A stretch of 64,000 nt of DNA from Candidatus Latescibacterota bacterium (lineage in GTDB: Bacteria > Latescibacterota > CBDEFO01). The translations under genes and the position numbers were made by a program. Below the pieces are notes generated by a model. That model was given only the letters and a program-made list of their open reading frames with translations, ran no database searches and was not told where the DNA came from. The stretch lies in contig CBDEFO010000008.1 in assembly GCA_965237525.1 (NCBI GenBank), positions 1,152,001-1,216,000 of the forward strand, written 5' to 3'. Below, piece by piece: positions 30,543 through 41,560 of this stretch (position 1 is its first letter; the number at the start of each line of letters is the position of its first letter).

Positions 30543-32072
30543 TTAAAACTCGTTTGCCAGACTGAAATGCAACTTGCCTTCATCTATCTTATCCGTTTTC
30601 CCCAGACCGTAATCAATGCCTAATATTCCGACCCTGGAACGTATTCGTATTCCGGCTCCATATCCGATAGGTCGTTCATCTACAGTTTCTATCTTTCCCT
30701 TTGAATCTCTCTTCATATCGAGGTATGCGCCTGCATCCACGAAGGCGAAGGCCCTGGACTTTGGAGATAGTAAATAGCGATACTCCAAATTTGTCCAGAT
30801 AGCCCGAACACCCGTAAACTGTTCCTCCCTATAACCTCTTATTGTATTTGCACCTCCTAGACGGATCTTATCGCTCAGGGGAACCAAGCGTTCGTTGCTT
30901 TTTATCGCCCAGGCGTGCAGGCTGAGCGCGATTACGTGCCTTGATGAAGCACCCAGAAACTGGTTTAGATCGACTCTGAAGTTGGCAAGTGAGGTCTTGT
31001 CCTTGTCGGGAGTAAAATTAGTAGTGGTGAAATTCCGCCTCGTTCCAGCGCGAAAAGAGAGCCGATAAAGTCCGCCGCTTTTTGGATTGCTCCTGTCGTC
31101 TTGCGTATCGTAACCGAGCGCAAAAGCCCCAGTCCAGGTCCTGGTTCTTGCCATACCAAAGCCTCCAAGAGAATCAGGCACGACCTTTTCCCATCCTGCT
31201 GTAAGTTCTCCATAGAGGTCGTCTAAAATAGGAGTCTTAAAAGACATCTTCAAGACAGTCTGCACATATCCGGGCCTTTCAGTCTGTTTGAAATCCCCTG
31301 CGGATGTGAGGGAAATTCCGAAAATCCAGGGCTCCTGGTATTTTAAGCGCAAATCGGAGGATTTTGGATCGAGTCTTGCCCACTTTGCCTTTGCCACTCT
31401 TGCGGTGCCGACCAGATTGACAAATGACAGGTCGAAGTGCCCCGTCAGGTAGCCGTTCTGGAATACTGTCCTGGGGACGTAGCCTACAGCGCCATCTATG
31501 CGGCTGGTCTGTCCCTCCTCCACTACCACCGAAAGCACCATCTGTTCAGAGTCGTTGTCGTAGGATATTTCGGGGGGATAGACCCTCTCAAAGAAACCCA
31601 GTTTCTTAAGTCTTCTGTGGGATGCCTGTATCTGCCTTTGATCATATAGATCTCCCTCTTCAACTTTGAGTTCTCTCTGTATAACTTGCACCTGGGTTGT
31701 CTTATTTCCGAATATCTCTATTCGATCTATCCTGACTTCGGGACCTTCGTCGATTTGGACGGAAAAGTCTATCCACTCTTTATCCCTTAATGAGAAATCC
31801 CCTGTGCCGATCTGACAGAACGGCTTTCCATTTTGATCGTAGAAACTGAGGAGTCGCTCTATGCCAGCATTTAAGGCTTCAGTTGAAAGGAGATCGCCCT
31901 GATCTATCGCAAGTAGTTTTAGCGCTTGATCTTCGGACAGGCCCTTTGCGCCTTGTATGCTGATATTTCCAACTCTAAATTGAGATCCGACGCCATCTCC
32001 GTGTCCCTCGTCTGCCGATGCAACGTGGGCTATGGTAGAGATCGCAATCACTAAATAGGCTAATTTGTGCAT
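30543..32072 (-). CDS. Omp85/BamA-TamA family protein with POTRA domains
   Basis: POTRA GNKTT..VI.RE; LGGANTIRGYRE; GYG.GIR; terminal Phe. Confidence 0.88.
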   Translation of the reverse strand: MHKLAYLVIAISTIAHVASADEGHGDGVGSQFRVGNISIQGAKGLSEDQALKLLAIDQGDLLSTEALNAGIERLLSFYDQNGKPFCQIGTGDFSLRDKEWIDFSVQIDEGPEVRIDRIEIFGNKTTQVQVIQRELKVEEGDLYDQRQIQASHRRLKKLGFFERVYPPEISYDNDSEQMVLSVVVEEGQTSRIDGAVGYVPRTVFQNGYLTGHFDLSFVNLVGTARVAKAKWARLDPKSSDLRLKYQEPWIFGISLTSAGDFKQTERPGYVQTVLKMSFKTPILDDLYGELTAGWEKVVPDSLGGFGMARTRTWTGAFALGYDTQDDRSNPKSGGLYRLSFRAGTRRNFTTTNFTPDKDKTSLANFRVDLNQFLGASSRHVIALSLHAWAIKSNERLVPLSDKIRLGGANTIRGYREEQFTGVRAIWTNLEYRYLLSPKSRAFAFVDAGAYLDMKRDSKGKIETVDERPIGYGAGIRIRSRVGILGIDYGLGKTDKIDEGKLHFSLANEF

Positions 32073-32278
32073 AGAGTTATAGTGGGACGCCCCGACCTCG
32101 CCCCTGCTTTTTGGATAGATCGTTCACTGTTCAAAAGATGTCTGTGTGTAGGAATAGTTTCATAAAATATTCACAGATCAAACATGAGTTTACAACATCT
32201 GCACTTTACTGTCAATTAAAATACTCTTTTTATTAGGGGTAGTCTTATAGGGGTTGTCTTATAAATGAAGCAAGAAAT

Positions 32279-32300
32279 AGCCCGCCATTGCTGACGGGCT
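32279..32300 (-). terminator. Probable intrinsic terminator
   Basis: AGCCCG..CGGGCT stem followed by ATTTCTT on the minus strand. Confidence 0.45.
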
Positions 32301-32346
32301 TGGTGTTCGAGATTCCGTGGACTTTTGCGAAACAGGACTAAACAGT

Positions 32347-34448
32347 TTATCGCATGAAGATCAGCTTTCTTATCTGCACAAATCTGTCCGTCTCCATCCG
32401 ATAGAAATAGATTCCGCTGGCAAGACCTTCTCCTTTATTATTTTTTCCATCCCATACTATAGAGTAACTACCAGCTGATCTTTGACCATCCACCAGTGTC
32501 GTAACCTTTTGTCCCATTATGTTGTAGACAGATAGCTTCACGGGGCTTCGGACGGGAAGGTCGTAGTGGATCACAGTCTGGGGGTTAAACGGATTCGGGT
32601 AGTTCTGATGCAACGAATAGCTGTCAGGGACTTCGGAAATGCCTTCAAATTGGGGAATAACTACACTAAAGAGGCCTTCGTTCAATTGAGCGGAGATCAG
32701 CGCAATTCCACTAATAGCCTCGATTTTCGAACCTATAGGCTCAAATATAATCTCCGCGATCCTGCCACTGCCCTGAACCGATTCTACCCCGGCAAAGGAT
32801 AGCTTTATTCTGCCATGTTGAGCATTATGGGCGAAGAGATAGTCGGGAGTCAAGTCAGATGTCGTAGCATCTACGGCTTTGAGCTTGGTCGGATCGAAAG
32901 ATAGTTCAAGTTGACCTGATAAGACACCGTCCATTTCATCTATGAGAATAGGGAGTGCAAAGCGGCCATCCTGTGTTGCCTCTATATCACCTAAAGTGAC
33001 AACCCTTTCGCCAAGCACAATTTTAGGAGTGCCTCCCGTCTCGGCAGGAAATATGGTTATTTTCCCGACAACGAACCTGAGTATCAAAGAGGCATCAAAG
33101 GCACTTATAGTGCCGTTTCCACTGACATCTGCTATCAGGGTGTCAGAGATTACAATGAGACCTACTGTGGATCTAAGCACCAAAGCAGCATCAAATGCCG
33201 TCACCCTTCCGTTGCCGCTGACATCTCCTAATCCGAGAATTTGCACAGCCCCGCCCTGTGTATTTGCCGCTGGATCGCCTTCGTTGAAGAAAAATTCCTC
33301 AAAGACCAATGGTGTGGAATCACCGATAACTGCCGAATCGGAGACTGTAAACTTGATAACGACTATATCTCCCGACCCTGACAATGTGTCAGGTCCCGGA
33401 GTTGCTATTGCGATCTTGATTGTGTCTATAGATGTTCCGATGCCCGTTACAACTGTGTCATCTATCACCCATCCCTGGGTCAGTGTTCCTTCCAACGCTA
33501 TATTTATTGCCTTTATTAGATCTGAATCGTAACTGATCTTAATCTGGGCTGAGAAGATTCCAAGCGCAGTCACGTCCTCTTCGACAGCGACAGCTACTGA
33601 AACTGTATCGCCGACCAAGGTAGATACGTTCGGGAGACTGACTGAGGCTGTGTCTACAGGAGGAGGAGATGGCATAGTAGACAGATTCAATAACACTGAT
33701 ACATTATCGCTGTTAAAATTAGCCACAGCCAGGTCATTGTCTCCATCTCCATCGAAATCCGCACTGAACGCTGAACGAGAACCATCCCCTGCGGGGTAGT
33801 CCACCCTGGGTGCAAATCTCCCATCTCCATTATTCAGCAGCACTGACACATTATCGCTGCCCTCATTAGACACAGCTAAGTCATTATCTCCATCTCCATC
33901 TATATCTGCACTGAAAACTGAAGTGGGTTGAATCCCAACAGCACTGACACAGTATTGCTGTTATAATTAGCCACAGCTAAGCCCTTATTTCCATCTCCAT
34001 CTAAATCTCCACCGAAAGCTGAACTGGCCAAAGATCCAGCTATATAGCCCGCCTTAGGGGCGAATGTCCCATCTCCGTTACTCAACAACACTGATACATT
34101 ACCGGGGTATGAACAACACGGGCCCGCATTAGCCACAGCCAGGTCACTATCTCCATCCGCGTCCAAATCACCACTGAAAATTGATTGGGGACCATCCCCT
34201 GCAAGATAGTCCACCTTAGGTGCAAATGTACCATCACCATTATTCAACAACACCGATACATTATCGCTTCTCTCATTAGCCACAGCCAGGTCATTATCTC
34301 CATCTCCATCGAAATCCGCACTGGATACTGATATGGGACCATCCCCAGCAAGATAGTTGGTCCTGGCTGCGAACGGGACTTGTGCGGACGCCGTCGTATT
34401 TAAAACGACTAACAGTGTCAGAACAGTGTAAAAGATTATACGTTGCAT
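32347..34448 (-). pseudogene. FG-GAP repeats + cohesin + dockerin + cohesin + FlgD-Ig/T9SS CTD protein, frame broken by an internal deletion near 33937
   Basis: DFDGDGDNDLAVAN repeats in both ORFs; one repeat lacks its NNGDGTFAPKVDY segment; GDVSGNG..AFDA occurs twice; QNYPNPFNP tail. Confidence 0.8.
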
Positions 34449-34660
34449 TTTGAGCCTCCCTCTGTTTTGCGGGTTGGTAAAACTTTACCACAGCATGTCA
34501 TGATTTTTTGGTCAGGTACTGCGTAGGAAAATACAAAAGGAAATGCTGGATGTCAATAGAGAATCTCTCAGTACCCACTGGAGAATAATACTTTTCCCTT
34601 GAATTGTAATTGCATATGTGGTATCTTTCACCTTGACACTGATTCAAGGGGAGAAAGATC

Positions 34661-35818
34661 TTGGTCTATGATAATATCTCTAATGTTTTGATCGCCTTGG
34701 GCATTTTCTACTCTGCAGTTGTGGGCGCGATCTTTCTGGGGTTATACAGAAATAGAAAGGGGCGAAATACCGCTCTGTCTATGGTCTCCGTAATCGTGGC
34801 TGCCAGGAACGAGGAGGAGAACATCGAAGATTGCCTGTCGGCTCTGGCACTTCAGGACTATCCTGACGATATGTATGAGGTAGTGGTGGTAAACGATAGA
34901 TCCAGTGACGACACAGAGCAGATAGCAAGCTCTTTTGAGGATAGATATTACAACTTCAGACTGTTGAACGTTACTGGGGAGGCACTCTACGCCTGTCCCA
35001 AAAAGAATGCTTTGAACTTGGGGATCGAATCGAGCAGGGGAGAGATCGTTCTTTTAACTGACGCCGACTGTCGCCCCCCGTGTTCATGGATATCGGATAT
35101 GGTAGGGCATTTCGAGCCGGAAGTCGGACTCGTGGCGGGGGGTTCGCCCTTAGATAGGGGAGAAACCCTTATTCAGAAGATGGTCGCATTAGAATCTCTC
35201 TCTATCGCCGCCTTGTCCGCAGGGAGCGTAGGCATAGGCGTCCCCATCTCCTGTACGGGGAGGAATTTGGGATATAGAAAAGAGGCGTTCATCGATGCGG
35301 GCGGATTCGATAAGATAGGGGATGTTATATCGGGAGACGACGTATTATTTATGCGTCTTTTAAAAGAGGAGACGGATTGGAAGATAGTACACTCCCTATC
35401 ACCTGGGAGCTTCGTTCCATGTGGACCACCCCCCAGAGACTCTTATACTCTCTTCAATCAGAAGCTCAGACACTCCTCGAAAGCCGCTTATTACTCAACT
35501 TCGATCTTGTCTCTGGGGGTTATCGTATATCTTTTTCATCTTTTGCTTTTTCTACTCCTCCCCCTTTCAATTGTAAATCCAGCCAAGTACCCAGCCCCGC
35601 TTTACGCCTTTGGGATGAAGGCGTGCGTGGATTTTGTCGCTCTTTCAAAGGCGACAAGGCTATTTGGTGTAAAGGGACTTTTGAGATACTTCCCACTTGT
35701 GGAGATACTGCACATTCCATACATTGCCCTTTTCGGCCTGCTCGGATATTTTATGAAGTTCCAGTGGAAAGAGAAAAAAGTGAGCGGGGAAAAAGTTGAG
35801 CCTAAAAAGGTGCCCTAA
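34661..35818 (+). CDS. Glycosyltransferase family 2
   Basis: VIVAARNEE, DRSSD, KKNAL, TDADC and SGDD motifs. Confidence 0.9.
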   Translation: MVYDNISNVLIALGIFYSAVVGAIFLGLYRNRKGRNTALSMVSVIVAARNEEENIEDCLSALALQDYPDDMYEVVVVNDRSSDDTEQIASSFEDRYYNFRLLNVTGEALYACPKKNALNLGIESSRGEIVLLTDADCRPPCSWISDMVGHFEPEVGLVAGGSPLDRGETLIQKMVALESLSIAALSAGSVGIGVPISCTGRNLGYRKEAFIDAGGFDKIGDVISGDDVLFMRLLKEETDWKIVHSLSPGSFVPCGPPPRDSYTLFNQKLRHSSKAAYYSTSILSLGVIVYLFHLLLFLLLPLSIVNPAKYPAPLYAFGMKACVDFVALSKATRLFGVKGLLRYFPLVEILHIPYIALFGLLGYFMKFQWKEKKVSGEKVEPKKVP

Positions 35819-35979
35819 TTGTGAGTTTCATTCTTGACTCTCTTCACAGAATATGATATTTTAATTGCACTTGCGGTCTCCTGTGTGTTCTGCATCACAG
35901 ACAAGTTTTGGATTTCCATCTAAATTTTGGTAAGGGCGAGGTTACCTTGTCCCTACTCTGAAAGATCGCTGTTTGCCCT

Positions 35980-37767
35980 ATGATCCGCGTTAAAGGAAAT
36001 TTGCGATATATTGTGGGTGTGTTCTTTTCCCTGTCTACTGTCCACTGTCTACTGTCTACTCTCTTGTGGGCCGATGACTTATTGGAGAAGGAGGTCGAGA
36101 GAGCTTACAACGAGTCCAGTAGTTATTATCACAAGATCAAAGGCGGTAAGGTGGAAGGGACCCAAGAAAACTGGGATAGGGCGGCACAGATGTTCCAATC
36201 TTTTGTAAAGAAGTATCCCCAAAGCTTCAGAACCGATGATGCCCGGTTCTCAATCGGTCTTTGCTACTGGAAGGCATCGGACTATACAAGAGCGGTGGTG
36301 GCTTTCCTTGAGGTCGCAGAACACCATCCCCAAAGTATTCTGGCGGATGACGCCCTCTACCTTGCCGGATATTCTTATTACAAGCAGGGAAAGCAAGAGG
36401 AAGCGGCAAATATCTATATCAGGCTGATTTCGGAGTATCCCCACGGGGATCAGTACTATAAGGTTCTAGCCAAATTGATGGAACACTATCAAAGTACAGA
36501 GGACATTGAAGGGCTTCAGGAGATTTACAATCAGATCGCAAGCTCTGAGGGGGAAATGGGCTGGATGGTTTCTCAGTACGTGTCCTTGATAGATCAGATG
36601 AGCCGGCAGAAATCCCAAGAATCTGAAATGAATGGCGGCAAATTGGTACAAAGAAAGGTCAGCGGCAAGTCCGGAGCCAGTAAATTTAAGAGGGGAGATT
36701 TAAGATATATACCTGAAATAAGGTTTTCGTCATCGGCGACTGCCGATAGGGCTGTGGTCGTACTGGATGGAGAGGCGAAGTACAAACTCGGCTCTCCTCT
36801 TTTAGATCCTCCCAGAGTCTATATGGACATTAAAGGGGCATTTCTAGATCCTCCTAAATATCGCCTCGAGGCCAATGGTAAGGCCGTTAAGAACATAAGG
36901 GCGTCTCAGCATTCAGAGGAAGACGTAAGGGTTGTTATGGAAATGGAGAAAATGGGAGATTTTATTCATTTTACCCTCCCAGATCCGTACAGGATCGTTA
37001 TGGACTTCTATCCTGAGGAGAATAAGTACAAAGGAAAGGAGATAAAATATAAGGATAGCAAGCAATCAGCTATCTCCTTGTCGCAGGAGTTGGGCCTGAA
37101 GATCAGGACGATCGTCATCGATCCCGGTCACGGCGGAAAGGACCCCGGAACCGGAGGGCTCGAACTCAAGGAGAAGGACCTTGTGCTGGATATTGGGAGA
37201 AAATTGAAAGAGATCCTGGATAAAGACCCCTCCTACGATGTCTATCTGACGAGAGATGGGGATATATATGTTCCTCTGGAGGAAAGGACGGCGTTTGCCA
37301 ACCAGAAGGGAGCGGACATTTTCATAAGCATACACGTCAACTCGGCTAAAAAGACGGACAAAAGGGGAATAGAGACGTATTATCTTTCGTTTGCCTCAAC
37401 CGATTGGGAAAGGGGACGGGCGGCGATTGAGAACGCTATGGCGCGAAATAAGATGAGCGATTTTGAGGATATGGTCAAAAAGATAGTCAAAGAGGAGAAC
37501 GTGAAGGATAGTAAGGACTTAGCAAAGATAGTTCAAGATGGTCTCATCAAGAGCGCCGAGCGAATAGATAGAGGCGTAAAGCGTGCCGCGTTCGTGGTGC
37601 TTGTGGGCGCACAGATGCCAGCTGTGCTAACAGAAGTCGGCTTTATCTCTAACAAAAGGGAAGCCAGGCTACTCAATACCGACTCCTACAGGCGTAAAAT
37701 TGCTCTTGGACTTGCCGAAGCGGTCAAAAACTACGCATCTAAATTCGATCTGGTTATGGGAAAATAA
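35980..37767 (+). CDS. N-acetylmuramoyl-L-alanine amidase (TPR + AMIN + Amidase_3)
   Basis: IDPGHGGKDPG, EKD, FISIHVN and LTEVGFISN motifs; TPR N-terminus. Confidence 0.92.
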   Translation: MIRVKGNLRYIVGVFFSLSTVHCLLSTLLWADDLLEKEVERAYNESSSYYHKIKGGKVEGTQENWDRAAQMFQSFVKKYPQSFRTDDARFSIGLCYWKASDYTRAVVAFLEVAEHHPQSILADDALYLAGYSYYKQGKQEEAANIYIRLISEYPHGDQYYKVLAKLMEHYQSTEDIEGLQEIYNQIASSEGEMGWMVSQYVSLIDQMSRQKSQESEMNGGKLVQRKVSGKSGASKFKRGDLRYIPEIRFSSSATADRAVVVLDGEAKYKLGSPLLDPPRVYMDIKGAFLDPPKYRLEANGKAVKNIRASQHSEEDVRVVMEMEKMGDFIHFTLPDPYRIVMDFYPEENKYKGKEIKYKDSKQSAISLSQELGLKIRTIVIDPGHGGKDPGTGGLELKEKDLVLDIGRKLKEILDKDPSYDVYLTRDGDIYVPLEERTAFANQKGADIFISIHVNSAKKTDKRGIETYYLSFASTDWERGRAAIENAMARNKMSDFEDMVKKIVKEENVKDSKDLAKIVQDGLIKSAERIDRGVKRAAFVVLVGAQMPAVLTEVGFISNKREARLLNTDSYRRKIALGLAEAVKNYASKFDLVMGK

Positions 37768-37782
37768 ATGTCAACAAAAGTG

Positions 37783-37811
37783 TTGACAAGGGTGAGGTGT
37801 TTTTGTATAAT
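37783..37811 (+). promoter_or_regulatory. Consensus sigma-70 promoter overlapped by an inverted repeat
   Basis: TTGACA-17 bp-TATAAT; TGTCAAC..GTTGACA inverted repeat at 37769-37788. Confidence 0.75.
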
Positions 37812-37912
37812 AATGGTTGTCTATAATTCAGCAAGTTGTACATAACGCAGCATATTTAGGTTTTATGTAAATTAACTACAAAACTCTCTGGGCTAAAACG
37901 TTTGGTCTTCTT

Positions 37913-38799
37913 ATGATAACAAAAACGATTCTGACATTGAGCATCCTTTTTTCCTTGGCGGGAACGATCTGTGCTGGAGACCTGATAGATTCCGGTATAA
38001 GGAACATACCAGGGGTCTGGGCTGGCTCTTTAGATCTGGGCGACTACGATGACGATGGGGATTTGGATCTGTTAATCACAGGACAGATAGGGTCACAAGG
38101 GGATTTTGGAAGAATCGCAAGGGTCTATACCAATGCCGGTGGGGCATTTCCGAACAGTGGGATACAGGAGTTAGAGGATGGCGGGATATACTTCGGTTCG
38201 GCTATATGGGGTGATTATGACAACGACGGGGATCTGGATATCGCCCTTTCAGGGTGGTCCGAAGGCAACTAGGAGATAGCCAGGATATATAAGAATAACC
38301 GCGTACAGTTTGAAAAGGATATTATACAAAATAGTATAGGTACAACACATCAGGGAAGAATAGGATTCAAGTACAGTTCGTTGGCCTTTGGGGACTACGA
38401 TGGAGACGGTGATCTGGATCTGGTAATAATGGGTATGCATGACCGTGGCTTTGCTTCAACTACGATATATATGAATGAAGACGGAAGATTTGTTATCGAC
38501 CAGGCAAACAGCGAGGCGATAGCGGATTTGAACAAGGGCGATATCTCCTTTGGAGACTACGACGATGACGGTGATGTGGATCTGGTTATCACAGGATTTA
38601 GCGCGCAGGGCACGAGGGCTTTATTTGTATACAAGAACGATCCTTTAGGCACTTTTCTGGAAGACATATCTGTCAATTTAGAAAAGGTCTCCCAGGGCTC
38701 GTTAGCCTGGGGGGACTTCGACAACGACGGGATGATGACCTTGCCCTCTCAGGTTGGAACAATCTCTGGCAATCGAAGATAATCATCTATAAAAAGAAT
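37913..38799 (+). pseudogene. Secreted FG-GAP/VCBS repeat protein; in-frame TAG at 38270, frameshift near 38730, truncated by IS
   Basis: GDYDxDGDLD repeats continue across the stop. Confidence 0.85.
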
Positions 38800-38858
38800 G
38801 GGAATTATATACAATGCTAGCCAACACCGCTAGACAAGCAATCCCCAGGGGGTCGGAA

Positions 38859-39800
38859 ATGAACCGAAAAAAGAGAACATACAAGCCAATTAAGGATATG
38901 AGCATGTTTAAGTTTGGGAAGCGGTTTCCGAACGAAGCTGTTGCCATGTCTTATGTTGAGGATTTTCGGTAGAAGGATGGGATCTACTGTCCGCATTGTG
39001 GGGTTGTTGATAACGTTCAGAAGACAAAGAACGGCAAGCCGCAACCGTATAGGTGCCGGGAGTGCCGCAAGCATTTCAGTGTCCGTACGGGGACGATCAT
39101 GGCCCAGTCCAATTTGCCTTTTACAACCTTTCTGAATGCTATTTATCTTATTGTGACACATCGCAAGGGTGTTTCAAGCACTATGCTTGCCCGTGAGCTG
39201 GGCGTCACACAGAAGACGGCATGGCACCTTGCACATCGCGTTCGCAAGGGGTTAGAGATGCCGGGGGGTTTGTTCTCTGGCCCGGTAGAAATTGACGAGA
39301 CGTATATGGGCGGCAAGGAAAAAAACAAGCATGCCAAAACGAGGTTGCATGCTGGCCGCGGCACTGTTGGCAAGATGGCGGTGGTAGGTGCTCTTGCCCG
39401 TAGGGGTGGACAGGTGCAGGCCAAGCCAGTAACAGGAACGGATAAGGACAATTTACAAGGTTTCGTAAGAGATACTGTAAGAGGTGGAGAAAAGGTCTTT
39501 ACGGACGACCACATTTCTTATAAGGGGCTGTCTGGCTTCAGTCATGACACAGTGAGACATAACGTTGGCGAGTATGTGAGGAATCAGATACACACCAATG
39601 GGATAGAATCCTTTTGGGCGTTGTTGAAACGTGGGTATTATGGGGTTTATCATTGGATGTCTGAGGCTCATTTGCATAGGTATATCCATGAGTTTTCGGG
39701 CCGGTGGAATATGGCGCGGTGGGAGACTATGGATAAGGTGGCTCATGTTGTTTCGGGTGGGATAGGCGTATCGTTGCCCTATAAGGAACTGGTGAGGTAG
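38859..39800 (+). pseudogene. IS1595-family transposase, TGG->TAG at 38970
   Basis: Near-identical to 49121-50062; CPHC/CREC zinc ribbon; VEIDETY, TD and NGIESFW motifs. Confidence 0.92.
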
Positions 39801-39927
39801 ATCGTGAAAATACGGGATAAGGATTTGGTATCGTGACGCCGGGCGGAATGCACCTTGTATTGCCGAAAATTGTTCTATTGCGTTGGATAAAATTTTGCTA
39901 ATACTATAAGCGGTTTTTGAGGTGTTT

Positions 39928-41100
39928 ATGCAGATACAGCTTCCACGTCTTGAGGCATACGTAACACACTCAATATACCTTTCGAAGCGTACCAATGGGA
40001 CGCAGGGACGCAACCTGAAGACGAAGGAGACCGTCATCGGTCCGAACCGGTCGGAAGCTTTCCGCTTCATCGACCTGTTCGCGGGGATTGGTGGACTACG
40101 TCGGCCGTTTGAGGAAATCGGGGGGCGGTGCGTGTTCACGTCGGAGTGGGATCGGTTCTGTAAAGAAACCTATACCGCGAACTTTCCTGAACCTGTGGCC
40201 AGCGATCACGTATTTGTCGGCGACATACGCCCCGTTTCTGCGAACCCGGAGACTGTGCCGACACATGACGTTCTGCTGGCAGGATTCCCCTGCCAGCCGT
40301 TCTCGATCGCCGGTGTGTCAAAGAAGAATGCATTAGGCCAGCCCCACGGCTTCCTCTGCGATACGCAAGGCACTCTTTTCTACGATCTGGCGAAGATCAT
40401 CGACCATCACATGCCTTTGGCCTTTCTGCTTGAGAATGTGAAGAATCTTGAACGTCATGACGGCGGTCGGACCTTCGCAAGAATCATGCATGTTCTCGAG
40501 AATGAACTTGGTTACCATGTCGATACACGTGTCGTAGATTCCTCCTCGTGGGTTCCGCAGAAGCGTGAACGGATTTTCATGGTTGGGTTCAGGGAAAGGA
40601 CGGCCTTTGATTTCGATGAATTGGCAATACCGTCAGGTCCCGCACCCGTTCTTGCGGATGTCCTCGACACGGAGGCTGACTCCAAGTATACGCTTACCAG
40701 ACATCTGTGGAACTACCTGAAGGACTACAAGGAGAAGCACCGCCGGGCGGGCAACGGGTTTGGTTATTCCCTGTTCGGCCCGGATGATATCGCCCGCACC
40801 CTTTCGGCCCGATACTACAAGGACGGATCGGAGATACTGATCAAACAGAGAGGTCGGCGTCCGCGTCGCCTGACTCCTCGCGAATGTGCACGATTGATGG
40901 GCTTCGAGAAACCCGGTGAGACAAAGTTCAGGATTCCGGTTTCCGACACGCAGGCTTATCGGCAGTTCGGCAATGCTGTAGTGCTACCTGTCGTCCGTGC
41001 CATTGCCCGACTGATGAGACCGCATATCGCCGAATTGCTCGCACGGGAGGGGCGCGAACTACCTTCGCCCCAGATCGACTTTACTTTCCCCTCAATCTAA
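39928..41100 (+). CDS. dcm: DNA cytosine-5 methyltransferase, Dcm/M.EcoRII-like
   Basis: [40 protein letters not shown] and [14 protein letters not shown] motifs. Confidence 0.93.
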   Translation: MQIQLPRLEAYVTHSIYLSKRTNGTQGRNLKTKETVIGPNRSEAFRFIDLFAGIGGLRRPFEEIGGRCVFTSEWDRFCKETYTANFPEPVASDHVFVGDIRPVSANPETVPTHDVLLAGFPCQPFSIAGVSKKNALGQPHGFLCDTQGTLFYDLAKIIDHHMPLAFLLENVKNLERHDGGRTFARIMHVLENELGYHVDTRVVDSSSWVPQKRERIFMVGFRERTAFDFDELAIPSGPAPVLADVLDTEADSKYTLTRHLWNYLKDYKEKHRRAGNGFGYSLFGPDDIARTLSARYYKDGSEILIKQRGRRPRRLTPRECARLMGFEKPGETKFRIPVSDTQAYRQFGNAVVLPVVRAIARLMRPHIAELLAREGRELPSPQIDFTFPSI

Positions 41101-41110
41101 GCAGGTTTGA

Positions 41111-41560
41111 ATGGCCTCCGACACTGTAACGCCGGATGTGCGGAGTCGGATGATGGCAGGGATCAGGGGCAAGGATACGAAACCGGAACTGGCAATCCGG
41201 TCCGCACTGCATTGTCTTGGTTTCCGGTTTCGCCTTCACCGCAAGGACCTTCCCGGGAAGCCTGACCTCGTGTTTCCAAAGCACCGCGCGGTCATGTTCG
41301 TTCATGGATGCTTCTGGCATGCCCATAACTGCCACCTGTTCAAATGGCCGAAAACCAGAACTGACTTCTGGGAACAGAAGATCAATTCAAACATCGCACG
41401 GGATGGCAAGCAGTTGACAGCCTTGACGGACAGAGGATGGCGCGTGGCAACGATTTGGGAATGCTCTCTCAAGGGCCGGACGCGGCTTCCTGTAGAGGCA
41501 ATAGCGGAGCGCTGCGCGACTTGGTTAAGATCGGACGAGGACCAACTTGTGGTCGAGTGA
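41111..41560 (+). CDS. vsr: Very short patch repair endonuclease
   Basis: RSRMM..I.GKDTKPE, LPGKPD, FVHGCFWH and WEC motifs. Confidence 0.95.
   Translation: MASDTVTPDVRSRMMAGIRGKDTKPELAIRSALHCLGFRFRLHRKDLPGKPDLVFPKHRAVMFVHGCFWHAHNCHLFKWPKTRTDFWEQKINSNIARDGKQLTALTDRGWRVATIWECSLKGRTRLPVEAIAERCATWLRSDEDQLVVE

Noticed and set aside
38268..38273. CCAGG->CTAGG stop caused by 5mC deamination from the neighbouring Dcm-like MTase
   Set aside because: Fits one site only; the other premature stops are not in CCWGG context and the ancestral codon is unknown.
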